Virus record (IMG/VR): IMGVR_UViG_3300034062_003925
Span: 1-64,000 of that record
DNA from: an uncultured virus (IMG/VR IMGVR_UViG_3300034062_003925)
Taxonomy: Duplodnaviria; Heunggongvirae; Uroviricota; Caudoviricetes
DNA: 64,000 nt
Strand: one strand, 5' to 3'
In this document: positions 30,447 to 40,139 of the stretch, one piece after another
Layout: every line of letters starts with the position of its first letter
How positions within the stretch are numbered: position 1 is the stretch's first letter
The notes under the pieces: model-generated
Database searches by the model: none
What the model was told of the DNA's origin: nothing
What the model saw: only the letters and a program-made list of their open reading frames with translations
Made by a program: the position numbers and the translations under genes

Positions 30447-31089
30447 TATTGATATTAAAAATACCAAAGAAATCTATGATTTTTGTTTGTTAAACAAGAT
30501 TATGGATATTGATGGATTTATTAATAAATGTTTTAAGAAAGGTTTTAATTTAGAAAAATATGGTATCATTGGTGAGGTTGATAATGAAGTAAAAGAAATC
30601 ATTGTTGAAAAACGGGTGGAGGTTCCTGTTGAGGTTATTGTGGAAAAAATCGTTGAAATCATTAAAGAAGTTCCCACACCCCCCACGGAAGTTAAAGTTA
30701 TTGAGTATGTTGATAGAGAGGTTATTAAAGAGATAAAAGTGGAAGTTCCTGTCGAAAAAATAGTATATATTTACGACAAAAAAGAAGAAAATTCTGTCAC
30801 AAATATAGGAAAGATTTGTGACAATCCTGAACCGATTATTATTGAGAAGATTGTTGAGGTTGAGAAGATTGTTGAAGTGGAAAAGATTGTTGAGGTGATT
30901 AAAGAAGTTGGTGTGTCTAACGATAAAGTGGTGATGTTACAAGATACCTTGAATAAATTAAGAAAAGAACTTACAGATAAAAATACAAAAATACAAGAAC
31001 TTGAGGGGACTATCAAACAATTAGAACAACTAAACATAAATCAAGGTGCGGTCTATATGAAAGGGTCGAACCTAACAAAAAACATATAA
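30439..31089 (+). CDS. Protein with VEKIVEV repeats and C-terminal coiled coil
   Basis: Repeated EVPVE/VEKIVEV units, with an 18-bp DNA repeat at about 30841-30897. Confidence 0.7.
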   Translation: MYNIDIKNTKEIYDFCLLNKIMDIDGFINKCFKKGFNLEKYGIIGEVDNEVKEIIVEKRVEVPVEVIVEKIVEIIKEVPTPPTEVKVIEYVDREVIKEIKVEVPVEKIVYIYDKKEENSVTNIGKICDNPEPIIIEKIVEVEKIVEVEKIVEVIKEVGVSNDKVVMLQDTLNKLRKELTDKNTKIQELEGTIKQLEQLNINQGAVYMKGSNLTKNI

Positions 31090-31092
31090 ATT

Positions 31093-31443
31093 ATGACAAT
31101 TAACATTTTAACTTGGTTCATTTTAAGTTACGGACTTATGAACATTATGGTCTTCGGAAGTATTTTCCAAGGATTAAGAGATTTTTTTAATAAATGGGGA
31201 GAAAATCCATATACACCATTTCAATTTGTTGGTAAATTTATTTCAGGTATATTAACCTGTCCCATGTGTTTTGGTTTCCATGGCGGTTGGTTTTTATCAT
31301 TAGTGGTATTCTCTCCATCTATGGTATTATTTGGATTGCCATTATGGTGTGGATGGTTTTTTGATGGTATATTATCATCAGGAGCTGTGTGGGCGATAAA
31401 CGCAATTGTAGAATGGTTTGAAGAAAACAAACCAACAAAATAA
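31093..31443 (+). CDS. Membrane protein, DUF1360-like
   Basis: Hydrophobic segments with an LTCPMCFGFHGGW motif. Confidence 0.6.
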   Translation: MTINILTWFILSYGLMNIMVFGSIFQGLRDFFNKWGENPYTPFQFVGKFISGILTCPMCFGFHGGWFLSLVVFSPSMVLFGLPLWCGWFFDGILSSGAVWAINAIVEWFEENKPTK

Positions 31444-31450
31444 TAAATCT

Positions 31451-31966
31451 ATGTCAAAACTAACTGACTTTGTTTTAAAACGATTACAAGAAAACATTAA
31501 ACAACGATGGGTCATTGAATCCAATACATTTTTTAGTTTACTTGAAAATATGGGTATTATTAATGATGAAGATTTATTGGTAGACATCTTTGAATTTTTG
31601 GAGAACGAAAACGTTGATGTTCACTTTAATAGTACTGGTGACCATGTGAGGTTCGAACAATATAAACGAATTGAGGTAAAGACCAAATTTAATAAAGGAA
31701 TTGGTATTGCCCAAGACGGGATTAAAAACTTCATAAAGACGGTGGATAATTTTAAACCAACCATGGATGATACTTTTATGAAGGTATACATGACTGATGA
31801 TGACGAAGAACAAATGGAGATTAATAAACACATGAGTACTTTGGATAATAATATTGAATTATTCAGAAAAAAATTCGAACAAGAAAAATATCAAAAACAC
31901 CAAGACAAGTTAAGAGAGTTATCAACTGAAGAATTAATAGAACAATTAACAAATAATACAATATAA
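31451..31966 (+). CDS. Hypothetical protein
   Basis: ORF with a likely start at the Met at 31451. Confidence 0.6.
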   Translation: MSKLTDFVLKRLQENIKQRWVIESNTFFSLLENMGIINDEDLLVDIFEFLENENVDVHFNSTGDHVRFEQYKRIEVKTKFNKGIGIAQDGIKNFIKTVDNFKPTMDDTFMKVYMTDDDEEQMEINKHMSTLDNNIELFRKKFEQEKYQKHQDKLRELSTEELIEQLTNNTI

Positions 31967-31967
31967 C

Positions 31968-32210
31968 ATGGGTAAAGCATCAAAGGCTCACAGAGCAAAA
32001 ATCGCAAAAAGAAACGAGAACATTAGACTCGAAAAAAAACAAACGGAGAAAAAATATCTTCAAATGATGGAACAACAACTACAAGCGTTTCAAAACAAAT
32101 TTTCAGGATTAACTGAAAATGATGAATTAAGTGCCGAGAACATTATTGATGTTCTTAGTAACGAAGAGGTTACCCCAACTGAAGACCAAGTTTCGGAGTT
32201 AGAGAAATAA
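31968..32210 (+). CDS. Hypothetical small protein (basic N-terminus, acidic C-terminus)
   Basis: Coupled ORF. Confidence 0.6.
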   Translation: MGKASKAHRAKIAKRNENIRLEKKQTEKKYLQMMEQQLQAFQNKFSGLTENDELSAENIIDVLSNEEVTPTEDQVSELEK

Positions 32211-32211
32211 A

Positions 32212-34584
32212 ATGGATTTGTTCAATCCCCCAATAGAATTTAATTATAAAATAATGAATAAAGAATTAGAGTTTGAAACTTTAGATAATCCATATGTGCA
32301 AGTTGTATGGGATGACTACGCTGAAAATTTTACTCAAGAGAAGATTAAAAGCGTTAGACATTACTTTCAAAAGAAATATAACACGACTAATGTAAATGTT
32401 ATTACTAAGACCAAGGCTAGTGATGATGTTACTCACACAGTCGATATCTCTTTTAATATCTTGGACAAGAATTATCAGTCCGAATTAGTTAAAACATATT
32501 TAACCTCCAAATCTTTAGAGAAATATTTTGATGAGGTTATTCATCTTGACGGGATTGTTGACAATAAATTATTAGTTAATAACAATGAAGTCAGTCCGTT
32601 TAAACGATGGTTCATTAAGAACATTGAGTTCTCAAATTTCCTTTCATATGGTGAGAATCAAAAATTGGATTTTGAAAAATGTGATGGGATTTCTGTTGTT
32701 GAGTCTAATCCGCCCAATTTTGGGGGAAAAACAGTCCTAACGGTGGATTTACTATTGTTCTTATTTTTTAATGAGACAACTAAAACATCCAAAGCCGAAG
32801 AAGTGTTCAATCGATTTACCGATAAGAACAAAGTATCCGTTAAGGGGGAAATTATTATCGATGGTGATGAATACATCATTGTTAGAAACATTGAGAGAAA
32901 AAAATCTAAGGCAGGTGAGTGGAATGTTAAGACTGAATTGGACTTCTTTAAAAAGTTGTTTGACGGTAGTTTACAAAACTTTACTGGAGAACAAAGACGA
33001 GAAACTGAGGCGTTCATTAAAACGTCTATTGGGTCTAAAGAAGATTTCTTAATGACAATCTTAACTACCGCGACTAACTTGGAAGATTTGATTGATTCTA
33101 AACCAACGGCTCGAGGACAAGTATTGTCAAGATTTATGGGATTGGACTTCCTTAAGAAGAAAGAAGATGCTGGTAAAGAAATTTATAGTGATTTCTCCAA
33201 ATCAATGATGTCTAACATCTATAGTAGTGAGAAGTTAAAAACGGATAATGAGGATTATAATTCTAAAATAGTTGAATTAAATGAAGAAAACCAACGACTA
33301 CAAAAAGATTTAATTGATGTTCAAGACCGAATCATTAAAGGTCAGGAATACAGAGATAATTTATTGAAAAGTAAACATACTGACATTGATAAAGAAATTA
33401 GTTTACTTTCTCCTGATAAAGTAACTACGGATATAATAACTCTTAAAAGTCAAAGACAAGGTGTTGAAAAACAATTATCTGAGATAAAGGTTGTGGAACC
33501 ATCCTCTTTTTATCATGAGGATGAACACGATAAAGTTAAGGAAGACTACAATGAGGAGTATAAGAAAAAAGTTGATGTTGACCATAAGATAAAAACTATT
33601 GAGGATTTAAAAAGTTCTGTTGACGGTGGAATCAAATGTGAACATTGTGGAATTGATTTAATGATGGCATCAATTACCCAATCTAAAATAGCCGAACTTG
33701 ACGGATATATCATGCAAAAAGACCAAATTTCGGGGTTAATGCAGGATTTATCCGTCAAAGAACAAGGTTTCGTACACCTTAAAAAAGAGTTTGATGAGTA
33801 TGAGAAAAACAAATTAATCAAAGAAAAATATGAACTTAGTATCGAAGGATTTGATTTAAAAATTAAAGGACTTCAAGAGAAGTTAACGAAATATAATGAA
33901 TTACAAGATAAAATAACATCTAACGAAAAAATTGAAACCCAATTAATTAAGGCGGGGTTACGTTTAGATGACCTCGATGTTGAAAAAAATAACACAACTA
34001 AAAAAATAAACAGTAACGATTATCAAATTCAAACGTTTAAAGATAAGATTGAACAAAATCTAAAAACAATTGTTAAGATTGGTGAAGAAGCTGAACGAGA
34101 AAAAATATACAAAATATACTTGGAGATATATGGTAAAAATGGGGTATCAAAAATGATTATGAAAACCATGATGCCATTAATCAATTCTGAATTACAAAGA
34201 TTGTTAGAGGACAGTTCTCACTTCAGATTGGAAGTTAACATTAATGATAAGAATGAGGTTGAGTTCTTGATGATTGATAATAATACCCAAGTGGAAAAAC
34301 TGATGGCGTCAGGTTCAGGTTACGAAAGAACCATTGCGTCTTTAGCGTTAAGAGCAGTGTTAAGTAAAATTTGTTCATTACCAAAACCAAATATCGTAGT
34401 GTTTGACGAAATATTTGGAAAAATATCAAATGATAATTTGGACATGGTTGCAGAATTTTTCACTAAGATTAAAGAATATTTCGAGAAAATTTTTGTTATT
34501 ACACATAATCCTTTGGTAACTAATTGGGCTGATAATGTTGTTAAAATCAAAAAAGAGGATAATGTCAGTTTTGTCTCACAATAA
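32212..34584 (+). CDS. sbcC: SbcC/Rad50-like ATPase (T4 gp46-like) with N-terminal extension
   Basis: IEFSNFLSYG, Walker A-like NFGGKT, Zn hook CEHC, coiled coils, SGSGYER signature, VVFDE Walker B and VITH. Confidence 0.92.
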   Translation: MDLFNPPIEFNYKIMNKELEFETLDNPYVQVVWDDYAENFTQEKIKSVRHYFQKKYNTTNVNVITKTKASDDVTHTVDISFNILDKNYQSELVKTYLTSKSLEKYFDEVIHLDGIVDNKLLVNNNEVSPFKRWFIKNIEFSNFLSYGENQKLDFEKCDGISVVESNPPNFGGKTVLTVDLLLFLFFNETTKTSKAEEVFNRFTDKNKVSVKGEIIIDGDEYIIVRNIERKKSKAGEWNVKTELDFFKKLFDGSLQNFTGEQRRETEAFIKTSIGSKEDFLMTILTTATNLEDLIDSKPTARGQVLSRFMGLDFLKKKEDAGKEIYSDFSKSMMSNIYSSEKLKTDNEDYNSKIVELNEENQRLQKDLIDVQDRIIKGQEYRDNLLKSKHTDIDKEISLLSPDKVTTDIITLKSQRQGVEKQLSEIKVVEPSSFYHEDEHDKVKEDYNEEYKKKVDVDHKIKTIEDLKSSVDGGIKCEHCGIDLMMASITQSKIAELDGYIMQKDQISGLMQDLSVKEQGFVHLKKEFDEYEKNKLIKEKYELSIEGFDLKIKGLQEKLTKYNELQDKITSNEKIETQLIKAGLRLDDLDVEKNNTTKKINSNDYQIQTFKDKIEQNLKTIVKIGEEAEREKIYKIYLEIYGKNGVSKMIMKTMMPLINSELQRLLEDSSHFRLEVNINDKNEVEFLMIDNNTQVEKLMASGSGYERTIASLALRAVLSKICSLPKPNIVVFDEIFGKISNDNLDMVAEFFTKIKEYFEKIFVITHNPLVTNWADNVVKIKKEDNVSFVSQ

Positions 34585-34585
34585 T

Positions 34586-34616
34586 TTTGTAGAACCATAA
34601 AAGAATAGTACATTTG
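34586..34616 (+). promoter_or_regulatory. Bacteroidota primary-sigma promoter TTTG-N19-TACATTTG
   Basis: Exact match to the -33 TTTG / -7 TAnnTTTG consensus, directly upstream of 34621 and the sigma gene. Confidence 0.7.
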
Positions 34617-34620
34617 TGGA

Positions 34621-35190
34621 ATGAAATATAAATATATGAAATACATATTATTCCTTTTTGCGAAACACAAAGAACAAGAAAAATTCGTAACAATTTTGGG
34701 TGAAGAAATTGTTACATTAACTGACTCAACTGACGTACAATATTATTTTGGTTCTGAATCCGCAATAATTACTTTCAATTCACTTGAAAGTTTGGATAGT
34801 ATTAAAGATTTTTTTCAATTTATGTTGGGAGCATCAGAAATTGTTTATTTCTTATCCCCGTACGAACCTGACAAAATGTCATATTGGTTGGATAGAAGTG
34901 TGGAGAAACATCTTTTTAATCCTGACAAAACAGGTATAATTGTTGAAAATACTAAAGAAGAACAGGTTGAGGTACAAAAATTGTTCATTAGAGAACTTGA
35001 AAATGGTTTAGATTCTTTATTAAAAGAAATAATCAATCAAGATGAAGATGATATATTAAAAGAAATAAACTATAAAGATAAACCTAAAGTAAAAACTTTA
35101 GACCAACTTTTAGATAAAATAATTGACGAGGGTTACCCCTCTTTGTGCGACTCTGAAATAAAATTACTTAACGAATACTCTAAAAAATAA
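34621..35190 (+). CDS. Hypothetical protein
   Basis: ORF ending LDQLLDKIIDEGYPSL...EIKLL, a small helical motif common in Bacteroidota proteins. Confidence 0.6.
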   Translation: MKYKYMKYILFLFAKHKEQEKFVTILGEEIVTLTDSTDVQYYFGSESAIITFNSLESLDSIKDFFQFMLGASEIVYFLSPYEPDKMSYWLDRSVEKHLFNPDKTGIIVENTKEEQVEVQKLFIRELENGLDSLLKEIINQDEDDILKEINYKDKPKVKTLDQLLDKIIDEGYPSLCDSEIKLLNEYSKK

Positions 35191-35192
35191 AT

Positions 35193-35993
35193 ATGAAAGA
35201 CAAAAACACAGGAATTATAATTAATCAAGAAGAAATTCAGCACTATCTTAAGGACATCCGTAGGATAAAAGTTATGACCCCACAACGAGAAAAAGAATTA
35301 GCGGGGATGATGAAGTCAGGAACATTGACAGACTCTCAAAAAGAGAAGGTTCATAAAGAGTTGCTTGAGGGTAATTTACGATTTGTAATTACGGTCGCAA
35401 AACAGTATCAAAACCAAGGGTTGGATTTCCCTGATTTAATTGCTGAAGGGAATTTTGGGTTAATGAAGGCGATTAAAAACTTTGATTGGAATAAAGATTT
35501 AAGATTTATCTCTTATGCTGTTTGGTGGGTTAAACAATCAATCTTACAGTCACTGAATGACAACGCGAGAACCATTCGACTTCCTGTTAATGTAGTACAA
35601 GACTTACACAGAGCCAAAAAAGCGATAGAATCTAATGGTGGGGATTTAGATGCCAAATTCCAAGGACTACCATCAATGATTTACCTTGATATAGATATTA
35701 ATGAAGAAGGTGATACATTATTCGACATCATTAAAAATAAAGACGCGGATATGCCTGACGAAGTATTCAACAGTAAGGATTTGTTAAAGTCTAAGTTAAT
35801 TGGTTTATTAAATTCGTTAGATGACCGAGAAAAGGTTATTATTGAGGATTATTTTGGTATCTCTGGGTCACCAAGAACTTTAGAGGATATTGGTGGAGAT
35901 TTCAGTCTTACGAAAGAGAGGGTCAGACAGATAAAAGAAAAGGCACTACGAAAATTAAGGAATGATAGTTCGGTGTTATTCGACTACATGTAA
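35193..35993 (+). CDS. rpoD: RNA polymerase sigma-70 factor, Bacteroidota RpoD-like (no region 1.1)
   Basis: NLRFVITVAKQYQNQGL..PDLIAEGNFGLMKA...FISYAVWWVKQSI...RTIRLP, plus region 4 TLEDIG..F.LTKERVRQIKEKALRKLR. Confidence 0.93.
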   Translation: MKDKNTGIIINQEEIQHYLKDIRRIKVMTPQREKELAGMMKSGTLTDSQKEKVHKELLEGNLRFVITVAKQYQNQGLDFPDLIAEGNFGLMKAIKNFDWNKDLRFISYAVWWVKQSILQSLNDNARTIRLPVNVVQDLHRAKKAIESNGGDLDAKFQGLPSMIYLDIDINEEGDTLFDIIKNKDADMPDEVFNSKDLLKSKLIGLLNSLDDREKVIIEDYFGISGSPRTLEDIGGDFSLTKERVRQIKEKALRKLRNDSSVLFDYM

Positions 35994-36001
35994 AAAAGTT
36001 T

Positions 36002-36035
36002 AAAACCTTCTATTTATTATAATAGAAGGTTTTTT
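36002..36035 (+). terminator. Intrinsic terminator after the sigma gene, overlapping a TATTTAT late motif
   Basis: aaaaccttctatt-tattat-aatagaaggtttt 13-bp stem followed by Ts. Confidence 0.8.
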
Positions 36036-36054
36036 ACTTTTATAGAAAAATATT

Positions 36055-36384
36055 ATGAAAAAAATTATTGAATTTGTTAAAAATTATAAGATACATATCT
36101 TAGCGTCTTTGTTGGTCATTTTCTTCTTCCGTTCATGCTCCAAGTCAAGTGAGGTTAGAAAACTAGAAAAATCTAAAACCAAAACCACTGAAGTTATCGA
36201 TAGTTTGACAACAGTTATAAAAGGTCAGAAAGACACTATTAATAATATTTCTGAAGTCATTAGAGTTGAAAAAATCAAAATTCATACCGAATACGATAAC
36301 TACATTTCATCTAAAAATAGAGGAGAACAATTAATGGAATTACATAAGATTGTTAAACAAAATCTTAAAAACTTAGAAAAATGA
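36055..36384 (+). CDS. Putative spanin/lipoprotein (signal anchor + coiled coil)
   Basis: ILASLLVIFFFRSC hydrophobic stretch ending in Cys, then a coiled coil, upstream of the amidase. Confidence 0.55.
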   Translation: MKKIIEFVKNYKIHILASLLVIFFFRSCSKSSEVRKLEKSKTKTTEVIDSLTTVIKGQKDTINNISEVIRVEKIKIHTEYDNYISSKNRGEQLMELHKIVKQNLKNLEK

Positions 36385-37088
36385 AAAAAATTTGGGAATG
36401 GATTAAATTAAATCCGAATAGAGCCATGTTTTTGGTTCCAATACTTTTAGTAGCGGGTATTTCAATTTCACACGTTGTTTCTTGGTATAATCTTGCAAAT
36501 CCAATAAGTTGGGCTATCTACCTATCTATCGCAATTGAGATTGGTGCGATGACTGCATTGGTTGCCGCAACTAACAAGATTAAAGGAGGGGTATGGTTTA
36601 TGTTTGGGTTAGTGACCTTTATTCAAATGATAGGGAACATATTCTTTTCCTATAAAGAAATTGACGCCAATGGAGATTTATTTAAATCATGGGTTGAATT
36701 AACATCACCTGTTTGGGATGCGTTTGGAACGGACATAACTGATGTTATTTCACTTAAAAGATGGTTGGCGTTTTTGGAAGGCGGATTATTACCTATCATT
36801 TCATTAACATCTTTACACTTTTTTATTAAATATGAAGATGATAAACCTGACTCTACAACCGTACATGATACCGTACATGATACTCCCAAAGTTGAATCAG
36901 AGACTCAAATAACTGATTTGGTGGATGATTTGGATGGGAAGGCGGAAATAGGTGAGATAATGGATGAGGAATCATTAAGATACTTTGACATCCAAGAAAA
37001 TCTAATATCTAATATCACAACAACAACAACCAATGATGGGGTTAGAAGATTAACCTATAGTAAACCAGTTAATTTAATAAACCTTTAA
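36381..37088 (+). CDS. Multi-pass membrane protein, putative holin
   Basis: About four hydrophobic segments, next to the endolysin. A 12-bp tandem duplication lies at 36858-36881. Confidence 0.5.
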   Translation: MKKIWEWIKLNPNRAMFLVPILLVAGISISHVVSWYNLANPISWAIYLSIAIEIGAMTALVAATNKIKGGVWFMFGLVTFIQMIGNIFFSYKEIDANGDLFKSWVELTSPVWDAFGTDITDVISLKRWLAFLEGGLLPIISLTSLHFFIKYEDDKPDSTTVHDTVHDTPKVESETQITDLVDDLDGKAEIGEIMDEESLRYFDIQENLISNITTTTTNDGVRRLTYSKPVNLINL

Positions 37089-37098
37089 GTTATGTTAA

Positions 37099-37704
37099 AT
37101 GGTCGATATAATAAAATATGGGAACTTTAAACCGTTAGGTAAACAGAAAAAGAAACATCAAATTATTCTTTCTCACACCTCAAGAAACGTTGAAAATTAT
37201 TTACAATCTTTAAAATTTAGGTATAACGGGAAAAACCCTAAGATTCCGAATTACGTTATTACCAAAGAAGGTAAGGTATTAAACCTACTTTCAAACACCG
37301 AACACTCAAAATTCTTATCCGAAACTAATGTAAATCAAAATTCAGTGGTTATTGTATTGGAAAATTTAGGGTGGTTACAAAAAGAACCGCTAAAAGATTA
37401 TTACGTTAACTGGATTGGCGATATTTATAAAGGTAATGTGTTCGAAAAAAAATGGAGAGATTATTTCTTTTGGGAACCATACACAGAAAAACAAATAGAT
37501 TCTACAGTTATTTTATGTAAAATGTTGTTTAATGAGTTGGGGATAAAGGATAATGTTATTGGACATAATACGAGAATAAATGGTATTGAAAAGTTTGAAG
37601 GAGTGGTAACCAAAAGTAATTTTGATTCTAATTTTACCGATGTTAGTCCGGCCTTTAATTTTGAAAAATTTTTAAAAAAAATAGAAAATGAACAACTCAC
37701 ATGA
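37099..37704 (+). CDS. N-acetylmuramoyl-L-alanine amidase (Amidase_2), putative endolysin
   Basis: IILSHT, IVLENLG, YTEKQI, VIGHN and DVSPAF amidase-2 pattern. Confidence 0.8.
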   Translation: MVDIIKYGNFKPLGKQKKKHQIILSHTSRNVENYLQSLKFRYNGKNPKIPNYVITKEGKVLNLLSNTEHSKFLSETNVNQNSVVIVLENLGWLQKEPLKDYYVNWIGDIYKGNVFEKKWRDYFFWEPYTEKQIDSTVILCKMLFNELGIKDNVIGHNTRINGIEKFEGVVTKSNFDSNFTDVSPAFNFEKFLKKIENEQLT

Positions 37705-38299
37705 TGAAATAAAAAACTTATTGAAGGCGTCAAGAACTATGCTTTCTAACTCTGAGACATTAAAAGAATCCATAAGTATTAAGAAACAGTATGGTATCTT
37801 AACTGAACAAGATGTTAATATGACATCTGGTGATATAACTAAAAAATTTAATGTTGGTGATGAGATAGAAACTGCTATTAATTATGATAATGACGAAAAA
37901 ACTCCTGAGAAAGATAAATCACAAGGATATAGAATTTCAGGGGGTATTTTGGTGTTACACGGAAAAACCCAAACTGAATTAGAATTAACCACTGATGAAA
38001 AAATCGCCTTTCAGGAAACCATGGATGAATTTGTTACTGAAGTATCTGACTTAGTGGATTTTAATAAGTTAAACGTCTACCCAAATAATATTGAGTGGTC
38101 AGGTAAAATTATCGACTTTGATGTTGAATTTACATATTCAATTGGAGAAGAGAATGGTATTTATATTGATGGTGAAATGATGAAAATGGATGATAAGTTT
38201 ATTGAGTTTGTTACAAAACTAAAGTCTTATTATGAAAAATTTAAATCAAAGTGGGCAACAATATTAGCATCAAGAAAGAAAACTAAAAAAACAGACTAA
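37688..38299 (+). CDS. Hypothetical protein, putative head-associated
   Basis: N-terminal EIKNLL...LKES...LTEQ pattern shared with other putative internal proteins. Confidence 0.55.
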   Translation: MNNSHDEIKNLLKASRTMLSNSETLKESISIKKQYGILTEQDVNMTSGDITKKFNVGDEIETAINYDNDEKTPEKDKSQGYRISGGILVLHGKTQTELELTTDEKIAFQETMDEFVTEVSDLVDFNKLNVYPNNIEWSGKIIDFDVEFTYSIGEENGIYIDGEMMKMDDKFIEFVTKLKSYYEKFKSKWATILASRKKTKKTD

Positions 38300-38931
38300 T
38301 GATATATTTTTTAAAAAAATTAGATTTAAAAACAATATTAATCTTGGTATTAATTATTGTTATCTTATTAATGAGGGCGTGCACCTCAACAGTAAAACCT
38401 AAAAAAGGGGGAACAATTAAAGTTAATGGTAAAAAATACGTTGTGGTTAAACATGACATTGATACGGTATATAAACCCGTAAAACAAGTTGTTTATAGAC
38501 CGGGTGAGGTTATTTTTGTTGATAAACCTGTTTATGTAAAAGTGCCTACTAATGTTGATACTGTGGCAATCTTACGAGATTATTATACCAAATATCCTTA
38601 TAAAGATACGGTTAAACTTACTGAGGGATTAGGGTTTATTACAATTAACGATACCATATTTAAAAATAAAATTTTAAATAGAACATTTGTTTCACATGTA
38701 AATAAAATAACAATTAAAGAAACATTGTATTTAGAACAACCACCTAAAGTTATGGTATTTATTGGTGGAGTTGCTGGATTCGACAAAGTCAATATAGTAA
38801 ATTTTGTTGGACCATCTCTACTAATTAAAGATAAAAAAGATAAGGTATATTCAATTGGGATTGGATACAGTAATGCAAAAACCGTTTCAATCCAAGGAGG
38901 TATTTATTGGAAGATTAAATTAAAAAAATAA
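38299..38931 (+). CDS. Putative lipoprotein / spanin-like protein
   Basis: ILILVLIIVILLMRAC lipobox-like N-terminus. Beta-rich C-terminus ending GGIYWKI. Confidence 0.55.
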   Translation: MIYFLKKLDLKTILILVLIIVILLMRACTSTVKPKKGGTIKVNGKKYVVVKHDIDTVYKPVKQVVYRPGEVIFVDKPVYVKVPTNVDTVAILRDYYTKYPYKDTVKLTEGLGFITINDTIFKNKILNRTFVSHVNKITIKETLYLEQPPKVMVFIGGVAGFDKVNIVNFVGPSLLIKDKKDKVYSIGIGYSNAKTVSIQGGIYWKIKLKK

Positions 38932-38932
38932 G

Positions 38933-39178
38933 ATGGCGTTAACTGATACCGATAAAAAACAAATTGAAGTAATAATTCGTAAAGAAATTAAAGATTTCAT
39001 GGGGAATAATACTATGAAACAATACGAAGATAAACTAATGGATACCTTATCAAAAGAGATTAGACGAGGAAAACTTGAAGGGGATGTTAAAGACATTGTT
39101 ATTCGAGTTTTCAGTGAATTTTATCAATTTATGTATACTCAGAGAGGGTATTGGGCACCTAGATTAAAAAACGCTTAA
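38933..39178 (+). CDS. Hypothetical protein
   Basis: Coupled ORF. Confidence 0.6.
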   Translation: MALTDTDKKQIEVIIRKEIKDFMGNNTMKQYEDKLMDTLSKEIRRGKLEGDVKDIVIRVFSEFYQFMYTQRGYWAPRLKNA

Positions 39179-39179
39179 T

Positions 39180-40106
39180 ATGAAAATCAACGAAAATTTA
39201 ACTACAAATTTAAAAATTACCATGAATAAAAGATTTGGTGAAACTGGTGGTGTTGACCCTGTCGAAAGAATGCAAAATCAAAACGATTTTAACAACGCTC
39301 TTGGAAGTCTTGGTGAAAATAAAGATAAAAACAAAAAAGAACAAGTGATTAAACGAAAAATAAAAAGAGGAGTATCTGACAAAATAGTTGGAACACCTAA
39401 ATTAGATAAACCTATTGGAAAGATGTATAGTTTTATCGGTGGAGAATCTAAAGAATCAACAGGTTCAGGTTCTGCGGGAGGATACTCGGCACCACTATTT
39501 TCGGTCACTAAAAAAGAAATGGAAGAGATGAAACAAACATCCTTCAAAGCTCCAAAGTTAACCATGTTCTCAGACGAGGCTCCAAAACCAATAAAGTCTA
39601 TGAATGAGTCATGTTGGAAAGGGTATAAACAAAATGGTATGAAAGACAAGAACGGTAAAAAAGTTCCTAATTGTGTTCCTATCAAAGAAAGTGAAGAAGT
39701 TGAAGAAAAATGGTCTAAGAAATATAAAGACAGTATTGATTGTGATAATCCAAAAGGGTTTAGTCAAAAGGCTCACTGTCAAGGAAAAGTTAAAAAAGTT
39801 GAAACTAAAGAAGCGACTGGTTCGGCCTCCTCAGGGTCTTATGTAACAACTGCCGCTTGGGCGAAATCAACCAATAAAAAAGATTGGAGAGGTAAATCTA
39901 AAACTCAAATCCCTGGAGGAAAGTTTGTTCAAGTAAAAGAGAAATGTAAAAAATTCCCATATTGTAATCAGGGGGATATTAAAGCCTTGAACATATTTGA
40001 GAATGAAACCTTTAAAAAAGTAATTAAAAATATAAGTGAGAAACACGGAATTAGTGAAAATGTTATTAAATCCATCTTGTCTTATGAATATTATAATGTC
40101 AAATAA
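39180..40106 (+). CDS. Modular low-complexity putative head/core protein
   Basis: Short modules CWKGYKQ.GMK.KNGKKVPNCVP and KWSKKYK.SIDC.NPKGFSQKAHC, a duplicated E.KE.TGS.S.G.Y unit, and Glu-rich spacers. Confidence 0.6.
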   Translation: MKINENLTTNLKITMNKRFGETGGVDPVERMQNQNDFNNALGSLGENKDKNKKEQVIKRKIKRGVSDKIVGTPKLDKPIGKMYSFIGGESKESTGSGSAGGYSAPLFSVTKKEMEEMKQTSFKAPKLTMFSDEAPKPIKSMNESCWKGYKQNGMKDKNGKKVPNCVPIKESEEVEEKWSKKYKDSIDCDNPKGFSQKAHCQGKVKKVETKEATGSASSGSYVTTAAWAKSTNKKDWRGKSKTQIPGGKFVQVKEKCKKFPYCNQGDIKALNIFENETFKKVIKNISEKHGISENVIKSILSYEYYNVK

Positions 40107-40139
40107 AAATTTTAAGATATTTATTAAATAAAAAGTAAC

